Of a stretch of 64,000 bases of DNA, positions 33,594 to 42,685 are shown piece by piece. Under the pieces are notes generated by a model. It made no database searches and was not told the DNA's origin. It was given only the letters and a program-made list of their open reading frames with translations. The first letter of the stretch is position 1, and each line of letters starts with the position of its first letter. Location of the stretch: IMG/VR virus record IMGVR_UViG_3300040770_000547; one strand, given 5' to 3'. A program made the position numbers and the translations under genes. The DNA is from a virus.

Positions 33594-33779
33594 ATGATTA
33601 AGAAGCCGCCCCCTCCTTTTACCGGAAAAGAAAAGCCTAAGGATGATAAACCAAATTTACCTATAGATTTTGGAGTTAATTACGCTATTGTAATTGCAGT
33701 TATACTTGCTTTTGTATCCATGTTTAAGCCTGAAATATCAGCTTTAAAAGAGCGTATTAAAATAAACTTTAAAAAATAA
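33594..33779 (+). CDS. small membrane protein
   Basis: KPPPP start, one TM. Confidence 0.68.
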   Translation: MIKKPPPPFTGKEKPKDDKPNLPIDFGVNYAIVIAVILAFVSMFKPEISALKERIKINFKK

Positions 33780-33783
33780 GAAC

Positions 33784-34179
33784 ATGACTAAGCAAGATCC
33801 CGCATCAACTTATACAACTGCAAAGTTCATGAGTGAGTTATCTGGTATACCAATGAACTACGAGGAGAAGTATCCTACGCTAAATTCGATGTGCTATTCT
33901 ACCAAACACAAACCACCAAAAAGAAAAGTAATTTTCCCAGCGGCTTATATAAAAGTGGTGACAGAATCAGGCGATATAGTAGAATACTATTCAGAGAACA
34001 GCCGCTTCGACCAGAAAGGAATTGTGGCTAAAGAGTTCATAGTAACCAGACAAAGAGCGCTAGTTGATTTCAATGTTGAATTTGCTGTAGTTGGTAAATA
34101 TAAAGACTGCGAAGGAGGGGGCTGGTACTCTATGGTACCGCTTTACAAAATTAAAGATCACGATTTTTATTTCATTTAA
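33784..34179 (+). CDS. hypothetical protein
   Basis: Tightly packed. Confidence 0.75.
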   Translation: MTKQDPASTYTTAKFMSELSGIPMNYEEKYPTLNSMCYSTKHKPPKRKVIFPAAYIKVVTESGDIVEYYSENSRFDQKGIVAKEFIVTRQRALVDFNVEFAVVGKYKDCEGGGWYSMVPLYKIKDHDFYFI

Positions 34180-34190
34180 AATATAAAACA

Positions 34191-34679
34191 ATGGATAACA
34201 CAATTAAAAAAGGGCACACACCTAAGAAAAAAGCAGAGATTTGGTCAGATGAAGAAAAACAAAAGCTATGGTATCTTTATTTAGATAACTCTGATCTTTC
34301 TTGCTTAGATCTAGCCGAGAAAGTTAAAGGGTCTTTTCATAACAGAACTGAGAACGCAATAACAGCAATGATATACAATCTTAAGCAAGCAAGCGAGCCC
34401 TCGCTCATAAAAGCAAACAATTTATCAGAAAGTGACGTTAAGAAAATAGTACTTGAGTGGTATACTAATGGCATGTTTGCTGACATACTTCAGGACGAAT
34501 ACGGAAGAGATCTAGAAGAGATATTACAAGAAGAACCAAAAACAGCTGAAGAACTATTAAAAACAGCTATGGATATTATCACTGATTTAGAAAAGTTTGC
34601 AAACAAAAAAATTAAAAATGAGATAAAAAGACTTTTTGTAGACGCAGATATTTGGATCTTTAAAGAAGGAGATATATAA
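34191..34679 (+). CDS. Myb-like/HTH domain protein
   Basis: WSDEEKQKL...LAE.....RTENAI. Confidence 0.65.
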   Translation: MDNTIKKGHTPKKKAEIWSDEEKQKLWYLYLDNSDLSCLDLAEKVKGSFHNRTENAITAMIYNLKQASEPSLIKANNLSESDVKKIVLEWYTNGMFADILQDEYGRDLEEILQEEPKTAEELLKTAMDIITDLEKFANKKIKNEIKRLFVDADIWIFKEGDI

Positions 34680-34843
34680 TGGGAGGATTTGCAAAAGATA
34701 TGATACAAGGAAGAACATGCTCGCATTGCGGGATTATGTTTGAAAAAGAGCACGGTCATCCAGTGCTATGTAACGCCTGCTATTTTGAAGCGGACGATGA
34801 AGACAAGAAAATCTACGTGAAAGCCACGGAGAAAGAACTATAA
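34679..34843 (+). CDS. small Zn-finger protein (54 aa)
   Basis: CSHC...HGHPVLCNAC; TAATG overlap; below track cutoff. Confidence 0.7.
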   Translation: MGGFAKDMIQGRTCSHCGIMFEKEHGHPVLCNACYFEADDEDKKIYVKATEKEL

Positions 34844-34853
34844 AACAAGTACC

Positions 34854-35228
34854 ATGACAATAAACCTGATCACTAAAAAAGAATGTAAATTTCTTTTGGA
34901 TTCTTATAAAAAACACCCTGCATTAACGCTGCAAAATCAAGGCTACGAAAAAATAAACAGGGATAAACTAAGTGATTTAGATAAAGCTAAGATAAAAGAA
35001 ATCGAAGCTTTATTAGGTAAATCTATCGTCGGATTCAGTAGCTTTCAAAACTTTAAACTGAGCACAAAAAATAAAGTAGGCCTAAGGTTTCAATATAATT
35101 ACGATGCTGATTATGAAGGCGGTGGAAACAAAATATACTTTATAGGTGTAGGCTACATATTAGTAAATGAGCTCTTAGTAGGGTTCAAACCTGCTCCAAA
35201 ACAAAAATTAAAAGAACCCACTAAATAA
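34854..35228 (+). CDS. hypothetical protein
   Basis: Tightly packed. Confidence 0.78.
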   Translation: MTINLITKKECKFLLDSYKKHPALTLQNQGYEKINRDKLSDLDKAKIKEIEALLGKSIVGFSSFQNFKLSTKNKVGLRFQYNYDADYEGGGNKIYFIGVGYILVNELLVGFKPAPKQKLKEPTK

Positions 35229-35235
35229 GGAATCA

Positions 35236-35451
35236 ATGGATCAAAAAGAAGATTTAATCAGCCAACACGACACTCTAAAAAAAGCGTACGACGAAGCTAT
35301 AGCTCAAAACAAGCTTATATTCGAGGTAAAAGGGGAAACCTATTTGGTGGCATATGCTAAGTACAGACTGGAATATTACCAGACATTGATTAACCCAAAG
35401 ACTAAGGAAGTTAAGGACATTGACATGGATTTCAAAAAAGAATCAGAGTAA
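35236..35451 (+). CDS. hypothetical protein
   Basis: Tightly packed. Confidence 0.72.
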   Translation: MDQKEDLISQHDTLKKAYDEAIAQNKLIFEVKGETYLVAYAKYRLEYYQTLINPKTKEVKDIDMDFKKESE

Positions 35452-35494
35452 TGATAACACTTTCAGCAGGCTACGAACCAATAAAATAACACTT

Positions 35495-35809
35495 ATGAAT
35501 AAAAGCAGCTGTTCCAACATGAGGATGATAGACAGAGAAAAGACTTGCTGTAGAAAAGTGAACCAAAGTGAAGGCAGATACGTTTATAACGTAAAAGTGT
35601 GCGGCAAAGCAGCTCCCTATACAAATAACGGTACTCACTTTTATTGTAGGCAACATTCCAAGATAGGCAGATTTGTCATCAGAAACGGAAATGTCGGTGA
35701 AATACTGGCACGCTTCAACACAGAAGAGCAGGTAAGAGCTGCTTTTCCTGATTACCCAGGCATGCGAATGCAAAAGATTACCCCTTCACACAGAAAAGAT
35801 ATTCACTAA
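35495..35809 (+). CDS. Cys-containing hypothetical protein (start moved from 35420)
   Basis: CC...CGK...YCRQH. Confidence 0.68.
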   Translation: MNKSSCSNMRMIDREKTCCRKVNQSEGRYVYNVKVCGKAAPYTNNGTHFYCRQHSKIGRFVIRNGNVGEILARFNTEEQVRAAFPDYPGMRMQKITPSHRKDIH

Positions 35810-35821
35810 AAACTAGTAAAC

Positions 35822-36562
35822 ATGAAAAACATACACGTGTTACAGACTGCCCAACCGAGCAGGCTGTTTTATTTCAATAATGAATTGAGGCTGGAACACA
35901 ACACTGTTGAAAGAAAGACAAACCAGAACATCTACATCACTTCTGATGAAAAAATTAAAAAAGGAGATTGTTTCATAGAAAACGGAAAGTATATTTTCAA
36001 CGGAAGTTCCTCACCAGTATCAGATACTTTTATACCAAGAAGGAATCAAAAAATCATCCTAACAACAGACCAAAACTTAATCAAAGAGAGAGTGCAAGCC
36101 ATTAATGATGAGTTTCTGGAGTGGTTCGTAAAGAATCCAAGTTGTGAGGAGGTGGAGGTACTTCATCAAGATGTTTATTCTATGGGTAAATGGGATAGAA
36201 GAAGTAACATAATCATTCCAAAAGAAACGCCTAAACAAAACCTAGAAAAGGATATGTTTGAATTAGAACAGGAACTTGACATACCATCCCATTTAAGATT
36301 TCACAATTCTAAGCAAGAAACGCTTGAGGAAGCCGCACAATCCCACTTGTCAAAAGTAGCTGACGGTAAAAGAACAACCGGATATGCTGATGAAGACTTC
36401 ATTGCGGGAGCTATATGGCAACAGCAAAGAAGCTACACAGAAGAAGAAATGAAGCTGTTTGCAAGAAGCTACTTCAGAGAAATTAAATTAGACACAACTA
36501 ACACATTGTGGAGCGACCTTGCTGACAGGTGTTTTGAGGAATTTAAAAAAAAAGTAAATTGA
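35822..36562 (+). CDS. mosaic flavobacterial-phage hypothetical protein
   Basis: MKNIHVL..QPSRL, EFLEWFVKNPSCE and QETLEEAA motifs. Confidence 0.82.
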   Translation: MKNIHVLQTAQPSRLFYFNNELRLEHNTVERKTNQNIYITSDEKIKKGDCFIENGKYIFNGSSSPVSDTFIPRRNQKIILTTDQNLIKERVQAINDEFLEWFVKNPSCEEVEVLHQDVYSMGKWDRRSNIIIPKETPKQNLEKDMFELEQELDIPSHLRFHNSKQETLEEAAQSHLSKVADGKRTTGYADEDFIAGAIWQQQRSYTEEEMKLFARSYFREIKLDTTNTLWSDLADRCFEEFKKKVN

Positions 36563-36852
36563 AAACAACCATACACTACCTTGTAGTCGGGGATCTGTTG
36601 GGAAATAATGCCAATTCGTATCATCCGACATATTTTACTACTATTGAAGAAGCTTTTGCTTGCTGGGAAAAAGAGTATAAGTACAGAGATAAAAAAGATG
36701 GGTACGATGCTAAGTGGCATAAAGTTCCATTTAGAGTGCAACAAGTGATCACCAATAACCTTTGGGATATAAATGGTGAGACATTAGTAACAGTAGTTAA
36801 GAAAGATAAATTCTCCTTAATCAGTTGGTTTGAACAATTCAAAAAAAAATAA
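36559..36852 (+). CDS. hypothetical protein
   Basis: TTG start overlapping previous stop. Confidence 0.68.
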   Translation: MKTTIHYLVVGDLLGNNANSYHPTYFTTIEEAFACWEKEYKYRDKKDGYDAKWHKVPFRVQQVITNNLWDINGETLVTVVKKDKFSLISWFEQFKKK

Positions 36853-36854
36853 AT

Positions 36855-37268
36855 ATGGAAGCAGATAAATTAGGAGGCTATACTGTAAAGGAATGGCGTC
36901 AGATGATAGAAGACAAGGTGGTGGCCGATATATCAGACGAAGTTCTTGAGTTCGTCAAGCCAAATATATTCGAAAGAAAAAATGCTCAAAACAAAGAGGC
37001 CCGTAAAGAATCGGTTACTGAGGAACTATACTACGTAAGAAACGAAGGCTTTCTGGGCAACGCTTTATTGTGGTGGACAAAAGGCTGTAACGGCTATACC
37101 TGCGATATAAATGATGCCCACAAGTTTACGAGAGAACAAGCAGAAAAAACTTGTAAAAGACCTCAAGATTCAGCTTACCTTTGTACGTACATAGACGGAC
37201 TAGAGAAAGCCAAAAAAGTGATAATAGATTCTCAATACGTAGATAAGTCAGAAAGATTATGGAACTAA
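36855..37268 (+). CDS. hypothetical protein
   Basis: GNALLWW..GYTCDI..AH.FT motif. Confidence 0.78.
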   Translation: MEADKLGGYTVKEWRQMIEDKVVADISDEVLEFVKPNIFERKNAQNKEARKESVTEELYYVRNEGFLGNALLWWTKGCNGYTCDINDAHKFTREQAEKTCKRPQDSAYLCTYIDGLEKAKKVIIDSQYVDKSERLWN

Positions 37269-37714
37269 AGTCAATGATCGACTTTGTTTTCTATATAGGA
37301 AACTTAGACATAGCTCGTAAATCATCTCATAAAGAAATGGTTACCCTTATTTTTAATTATGCTCTGCTGCTTAAAGACAAACTATCCCTATGGATGTTTG
37401 TTCCCTGTGATAAAGACGGTAAAATAATGGAAGAACCGCAATCTATAAAAAACACATTTATTCAAAAAAGCGATAATGGAGACTTCTTTAACCAAAAAAG
37501 GTTTCTAGAATATATTGTAAATTATGACCAAGCAAAAAGTAAATGCCTGTTTAAAGATTTCGATTTATGGAGAAGTGGTAACGGCTTTCTAGTAAGAAAT
37601 GCATTTATAAAAATACACGACGTAGAATTTGAAAATGTAACTATAGAATATCTATCTGTTCAAGGAGGTATCTATAGTACTACTCCAGCTTTTATGAACA
37701 AAGTTGGCTTATAG
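37259..37714 (+). CDS. hypothetical protein
   Basis: LWMFVPCDKDG motif typical of flavobacterial phages. Confidence 0.8.
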   Translation: MELKSMIDFVFYIGNLDIARKSSHKEMVTLIFNYALLLKDKLSLWMFVPCDKDGKIMEEPQSIKNTFIQKSDNGDFFNQKRFLEYIVNYDQAKSKCLFKDFDLWRSGNGFLVRNAFIKIHDVEFENVTIEYLSVQGGIYSTTPAFMNKVGL

Positions 37715-37779
37715 AAGCTATAAACAAATTCATTATGGAAAAATTACAAGGTTATTTAACTGAAGTTCTTAATAAACTA

Positions 37780-38185
37780 AAATAAAGTATCCCTGTTAAC
37801 AAAAAGATAAGGCTAAACATTAATCCTTTGGAAGTGCCCATGCAAAATACTTATCGTTCGAACGAAGAAGATACAAGCACCATAATTAAGATATCGGGCG
37901 AAATCCCGGACGTGTAGCTTTCCTTGAGAAAGAAAGTAGAACAGAAGTAAAAGGTGTGCCAAGATAATTGAGCTGCACGCACTACGCGAATGAGCAGCTA
38001 TCCGTAAGGACGCTGAACTAGTAATAGTTTTCTCAGCAAGAATTAAGAAACTACGGGGAATCACTTGTGATGGCCGTGAGTGTAAAATACGTGACCCTAC
38101 TCTTACGGCATTAAAGTAGATGTAAATCGAAAAAGTACTGGTTGGTACGTGAGTAAGAAAGAGGGTGCTAAACAATCTAAAACTA
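37780..38185 (+). ncRNA. candidate ~400-nt structured ncRNA
   Basis: No + strand ORF; GAAA and GUAA tetraloop hairpins, 6-9-bp stems. Confidence 0.48.
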
Positions 38186-38192
38186 AGCAACA

Positions 38193-38471
38193 ATGAAAAA
38201 AATATTATTATTAACAGTCTGTATTCAATTACTAGCATCTTGCGGTTATGCATGTATAGACACCAGTAAACTCGTGGTGATTACCTCAATAGAATCTGCA
38301 GGGGCTAATAAGTGCGACTATTATGGCTACGGTAATTCCGGTATGACTTATAATATTTGGACTAGCGAATTGTTCAAAATGAGAGACATATGTGGTAAAT
38401 TCCAAATAGGCGATACTATTACATTTACAAAAGTAAAAGCATACAAAAACACTTCTGTGAATACCAATTAG
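38193..38471 (+). CDS. lipoprotein
   Basis: MKK-hydrophobic-LASC lipobox. Confidence 0.75.
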   Translation: MKKILLLTVCIQLLASCGYACIDTSKLVVITSIESAGANKCDYYGYGNSGMTYNIWTSELFKMRDICGKFQIGDTITFTKVKAYKNTSVNTN

Positions 38472-38474
38472 AGG

Positions 38475-38692
38475 TGGTAAATATCCGCTAGTACAAACAA
38501 ATTCACATAAGTAACCGGTTAAACTGAGGCCCCTTGAGGGATAGTGTAAGACTGTAGACAAGCCTCTGTGAAAGCAAGCTTCTTTAGTTATCGGATTAAA
38601 CTTTTGATACGGGTCATGCGCAGCCCCGATACAAGACTGGAAGAAACCAGAGCTATTAAAAATTTATTTGATAAGTTCCCTCACATGAGGGC
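38475..38692 (+). ncRNA. candidate structured RNA
   Basis: GAGGC/GCCTC multibranch, CTGG/CCAG and CCCTCA/TGAGGG stems. Confidence 0.35.
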
Positions 38693-38695
38693 TTT

Positions 38696-38878
38696 GGGGA
38701 GGTGATGTAACTGGCAGGCATGCCTGCGGTAATGCAGCAGGTGGTAAGGGCAATAATGAAAGTCATCAGGAATCAGGCCTGATTTTTAAGGTGATGGACA
38801 AGAATGACCCAAAAGTGAAAGCGGCAATTGTACATTACCCGTGAAAGCTCCGTGCAGGTTCGAGTCCTGCTCACCCCA
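38696..38878 (+). ncRNA. expanded tRNA-like RNA (183 nt) with 112-nt variable-region insert
   Basis: Acceptor, D-arm ATGT/GCAT, CCTGC/GCAGG stem with 9-nt loop, T-arm GCAGG-TTCGAGT-CCTGC, ends ACA. Confidence 0.72.
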
Positions 38879-38934
38879 CAAACCACACATTGAAAAACAA
38901 ACACAGTTATGATACATTAAACAGCAAGAGAAGT

Positions 38935-39137
38935 AGGGGCACTGAAAATTTTGTGATATAGGCATCATAATGCACTATCAAGATAACCGGAAGCATAGAT
39001 GAGGAAGGTTAAGTGCCAGGTTTGTTGAGTAAGATAAGCTCTTGTTACGTTGCCTCCGAGTAGGACAGTACGTACTTGAAGGACTAAGTGAACCTTGTAG
39101 AGTAATATCCCTATCTTGAAGGATGGGTGGTTTATAA
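38935..39137 (+). ncRNA. candidate structured RNA
   Basis: GGCACT/AGTGCC closing helix and further hairpins; no ORF on +. Confidence 0.3.
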
Positions 39138-39338
39138 GGCCGGATGGCGTAGAGGCATACGCTAAGGTTATAGGCCTAGAATGGATTATCAAAAAGCCTA
39201 TCTGTAAGACAAGTCAGGTAAATAAGCGGCAAGATAGGATAGTCCAGCAAGTTCTGTGAAAATAATAACTATTATCCCTGTAAAGGTGCTGACTAACACA
39301 GAATATAATTCATGCAGGTTCGAATCCTGCTCCGGCCA
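39138..39338 (+). ncRNA. expanded tRNA-like RNA (201 nt)
   Basis: Perfect GGCCGGA/TCCGGCC acceptor, D-arm GCGT/ACGC, T-arm GCAGG-TTCGAAT-CCTGC, ~150-nt interior, ends ACA. Confidence 0.72.
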
Positions 39339-39370
39339 CAAACAGTATTTTAATTAAACAACTAACAACC

Positions 39371-40264
39371 ATGCTTGAGATAAAAAATCAAAAGACCAAA
39401 ACCACGGCATGTAGAGAAAACGGCAGAAGCGCAGACTTTACAAGCGGTAATTTCATCTTAGGCTGCTCCCACAAAAAAGGAGATACTTATGATAATCCCT
39501 GCTCTTATTGCTATGTAGCAAGATTCGGCAGACAAAAATTGTACGTCAATACTAACACAGATGAGTTGTTGGCAGAGTGCGACAAAGCCATACAAGACCT
39601 GCCTTTCCCTAGAGTACCTAACCAAGTAGATGAGAAATACTACTACGTTGACATCTCTTGTGATACAGATATTAATCTGCATTGGAACGACTATGATTGG
39701 ATTTATGTGTTTGATTATTTCAAGAAGCATCCCAAGCTAGCAGCTACTTTTGCTACAAAATGGGTGAATACAAAACTGCTGGACTATGTTCCTGAAAACA
39801 AAATCAGAGTAAGAATGAGCTTGATGCCTGAGAAAATGAGAGCTATACTTGAAAACGGTACCAGTCCTATAATAAAAAGAGTTCAGTTCCTGGAGAAGCT
39901 TTTCCAAGCAGGATACTCTACGCACATCAATTTCAGTCCAATTATTTACCACGACAAAAAACTGAGCGGGTACAAAGAACTCTTCAACATCATTAACAAC
40001 GAAGTATCAGAGGAGTTTAAAAAACAAGCCGGTCTCGAATGTATTTTCCTTACTCACAATGCTAATCTTCACAAAATAAATTTGGAAAAAGGCCTTTTAA
40101 AGCAAGAAGAAATACTTTGGACACTAGAGAACCAAGAACAGAAAATCAGTCAGTATGGAGGCTCAAACCTGCGGTACAATCAACGTGTAAAGCCAGCTTT
40201 AATTAGAGCTTTTACAAAGTCGGTAAACCAAGACCTCAACATACCTATTAGGTATATATTTTAA
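39371..40264 (+). CDS. spore-photoproduct-lyase-like radical SAM protein
   Basis: GC-x11-CSYCY, DISCDTD, FATK, RVRMSL, GYSTHINFSPI motifs. Confidence 0.78.
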   Translation: MLEIKNQKTKTTACRENGRSADFTSGNFILGCSHKKGDTYDNPCSYCYVARFGRQKLYVNTNTDELLAECDKAIQDLPFPRVPNQVDEKYYYVDISCDTDINLHWNDYDWIYVFDYFKKHPKLAATFATKWVNTKLLDYVPENKIRVRMSLMPEKMRAILENGTSPIIKRVQFLEKLFQAGYSTHINFSPIIYHDKKLSGYKELFNIINNEVSEEFKKQAGLECIFLTHNANLHKINLEKGLLKQEEILWTLENQEQKISQYGGSNLRYNQRVKPALIRAFTKSVNQDLNIPIRYIF

Positions 40265-40267
40265 AGA

Positions 40268-40380
40268 AGATCCAAGCAGCAAGGATGTGCAAATAAAACT
40301 GCAGATATGGCCCCTCTACATGTGGGCTCGTATAAAAGGACGCAGGCTTTTTGGCTAGCAGGAATAGACTGCTTTTTTTA
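40268..40380 (+). ncRNA. structured element ending in a T-run
   Basis: AAGCAG/CTGCTT closing pair, internal TGCA/TGCA and GCCC/GGGC hairpins. Confidence 0.3.
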
Positions 40381-40471
40381 GTTTAAATAAATATTCAATT
40401 CAAAGTAAAGCTATATGGCTTGTAAGGTCATTTCAATAAGAAAATGTAATATCTTTGAAAAGAATTGTTAA

Positions 40472-40588
40472 AAATAAATACACGTGTTGCAAAAGTCGAA
40501 TGCAAGCGGCAAACTTAGAAGGAGTAATTACCCTCGACAGCAGCAGGTGCCTTGTGGATCCCTGGACAAGCGCAACACGTTTATTTTA
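40472..40588 (+). ncRNA. multibranch structured element
   Basis: ACGTGTTGC/GCAACACGT perfect closing helix plus AAAATAAA/TTTATTTT. Confidence 0.4.
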
Positions 40589-40632
40589 TAAATTACCCTG
40601 AATTTATTTACTAACCTATACATCTAACCAAA

Positions 40633-40941
40633 ATGAAAAAATTATGCGCGTCTTTTGCTGTACTTATCCTAGTTAGCTCTTTAACTTATTCTGTAGTTTA
40701 CCTATTAAGCCAGAATCCAAATGCTTTAGAGTGGGAAGCAAATATCCAAAACATATCGATTGCTATTGTTGTCAACATTACCCTTTTTGTATCCTTATGG
40801 ATGTTTGAACAAAAATGGTTTGCAATCACTGAAAGAATTAAAGCAAAGCCAATAAAAAAAGATTTTAATGTTTTTATTGACAAGATTCGAGGAGAAGAAT
40901 ACATGAACGGTAATATAATAAAAACGCAGCTACAAAATTAA
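40633..40941 (+). CDS. 2-TM membrane protein
   Basis: Two hydrophobic segments. Confidence 0.75.
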   Translation: MKKLCASFAVLILVSSLTYSVVYLLSQNPNALEWEANIQNISIAIVVNITLFVSLWMFEQKWFAITERIKAKPIKKDFNVFIDKIRGEEYMNGNIIKTQLQN

Positions 40942-40943
40942 CA

Positions 40944-41144
40944 ATGGAAAAAAGCTATAATTTCAAAATGCAAATGGGGTGGTGTTCAGTTCTTAGCTGG
41001 GCAGCTACTCTATCTCTAGCTTTTAAAGCCCCAGAGAAAATAGATGATTGGATGGTAATTCCATTCGGGGCAATAGTATTTACGATTATCCACTTCAAGA
41101 TGAGTATGCTTATCTCAGAATACAAAGATAAATCAAAAAACTAG
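40944..41144 (+). CDS. small 2-TM membrane protein
   Basis: Two hydrophobic segments. Confidence 0.72.
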   Translation: MEKSYNFKMQMGWCSVLSWAATLSLAFKAPEKIDDWMVIPFGAIVFTIIHFKMSMLISEYKDKSKN

Positions 41145-41300
41145 TCATGGTAGTTACAGGACCACGAACACTAGCAGATTACTTAGCCGTGCAGAAAACG
41201 ATAACAGGTATTCTAGACAGTCGTTACTGCACTTGCCAGATGAAAAAAGACTTGAACGTAAAGCTCAACAGAGTTAAAGAAAAAATAAAAAACCTCGGCA

Positions 41301-41723
41301 ATGGAGATATATAAAAAAGTGGAATATATCCACAAAGATAAAGCGCAAAAAATATATAAGGATATAGCAGAAAAGCAGTTTATTATGGCTTTTTTCAAGG
41401 AAATGCCCTTAGATAAATTAAAAAAGCTGATAAGCTTCAAAGAAACAGATCCAGACAAAGAAGAAGAGTGGAAAAACAAAGATCAGGTAGAGATGCTGTG
41501 CCATCTCAGAGACACAAACAGTCTGCTGCTCTCCTGTCATTTAGAAATAGGCCCTAAGCCTGTTGATGACACCTTCACTCTAAATTTCGCAGAGTGGTTG
41601 CGAAAAGAGTCTTACGATGTTGGAGACAAGTGGTATTACCAGCAAGACAATGAATTATACACCTCGGCTGGAATGCTTTCCATTTACAGGGCAGTATTAT
41701 CTGTTGATAAAAACAAAAATTAG
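41301..41723 (+). CDS. hypothetical protein
   Basis: FAEWL...ELY motif. Confidence 0.78.
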   Translation: MEIYKKVEYIHKDKAQKIYKDIAEKQFIMAFFKEMPLDKLKKLISFKETDPDKEEEWKNKDQVEMLCHLRDTNSLLLSCHLEIGPKPVDDTFTLNFAEWLRKESYDVGDKWYYQQDNELYTSAGMLSIYRAVLSVDKNKN

Positions 41724-41871
41724 CCATGGATCTTAATAGATTCTCTGTAAATTTTATTTGTATGTTTACACAAATAATGTGGTTTTACGTAATGGGGCTT
41801 ACTACTCCGTTTCAAATAAGAAGCTATGTGACTACCTGTGGAGCAAGAATTGAACTAATGCGTTAATAAAT

Positions 41872-42195
41872 ATGAGAACAGAAAAACACACACAGAAAGT
41901 AATTTTGTTGGTAATTTGGGGATTACTAACAGCCGTATTACTTGCATTAAGCTGGTTTCACTTTGCCTGGCAATACCTGGGCATAACAACCGGTATCCCA
42001 AAAAACATAACTAACAATTTTAGCTCAAGTTGGGAAGCTTATAGTTATTTTTTCTCCAGAGACTACGGTACAGGAGGATTAATTTATATCACGCTATTTG
42101 GTTACTATTGGTGGCTTACTAGTAAAGCTTTCTTGTACATACTGAAAAAGCAAAAAAGAGACAGTAAAAAAAGTAAATATTATGGACACAATTAG
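41872..42195 (+). CDS. 2-TM membrane protein
   Basis: Two hydrophobic segments. Confidence 0.75.
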   Translation: MRTEKHTQKVILLVIWGLLTAVLLALSWFHFAWQYLGITTGIPKNITNNFSSSWEAYSYFFSRDYGTGGLIYITLFGYYWWLTSKAFLYILKKQKRDSKKSKYYGHN

Positions 42196-42397
42196 AATAA
42201 AATGTAACGTAGCAAAAATTACTAGTTACGGAAACGGTGGAGGTACAAAAGTAACGTTAATGCCTGTTACAGGTAATAGCGAAGAAAACAAACAGTTTTG
42301 GAACAATGTACCTACTGGAAAGATAGTTCTGCACGTAGATGCTGAACCGTGTGGTTTTGAAAAAGGAGAGTACTATGTAGACTTTACTAAGCTATAA
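42182..42397 (+). CDS. conserved small phage protein (SEENKQFW..PTG...YYVDFT family)
   Basis: Recognisable motif, function unknown. Confidence 0.8.
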   Translation: MDTIRIKCNVAKITSYGNGGGTKVTLMPVTGNSEENKQFWNNVPTGKIVLHVDAEPCGFEKGEYYVDFTKL

Positions 42398-42678
42398 TGT
42401 ACACTCCTTTAATTATTGAGAAGAAAGACATACTGGCCCCAGGTACCGTTATATTAAGCGGTAATTTCAAATTGGTCAAGAAAATAGAAGATTTAAACGA
42501 GTTTTGGGCAGTGTTAAAAACACAAAAATCGTTTTATGCAAGGCATAGAATGTACCCCACCTCCTTCTTTTTTTCTTGGACATTAAGAACAATAGACGCC
42601 TGGATAAAGGCCGGTTACTTCTGGACTGTTGCACCTTGCGGGAAACCAAAGCGCGCGAATTTCCAGTTAAATAAATAG
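42397..42678 (+). CDS. hypothetical protein
   Basis: TAATG overlap. Confidence 0.75.
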   Translation: MYTPLIIEKKDILAPGTVILSGNFKLVKKIEDLNEFWAVLKTQKSFYARHRMYPTSFFFSWTLRTIDAWIKAGYFWTVAPCGKPKRANFQLNK

Positions 42679-42685
42679 CCCTTAA

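Noticed and set aside
37813-39192. Minus-strand ORFs 37813-38253, 38786-38968 and 38965-39192
   Set aside because: Opposite to the uniform gene orientation, atypical composition, and overlap clear + strand RNA structures.
39163-39313. Group I intron in a tRNA anticodon loop
   Set aside because: Interior is too short, no P3/P7 pairing found, and removing a segment does not restore a normal anticodon arm.
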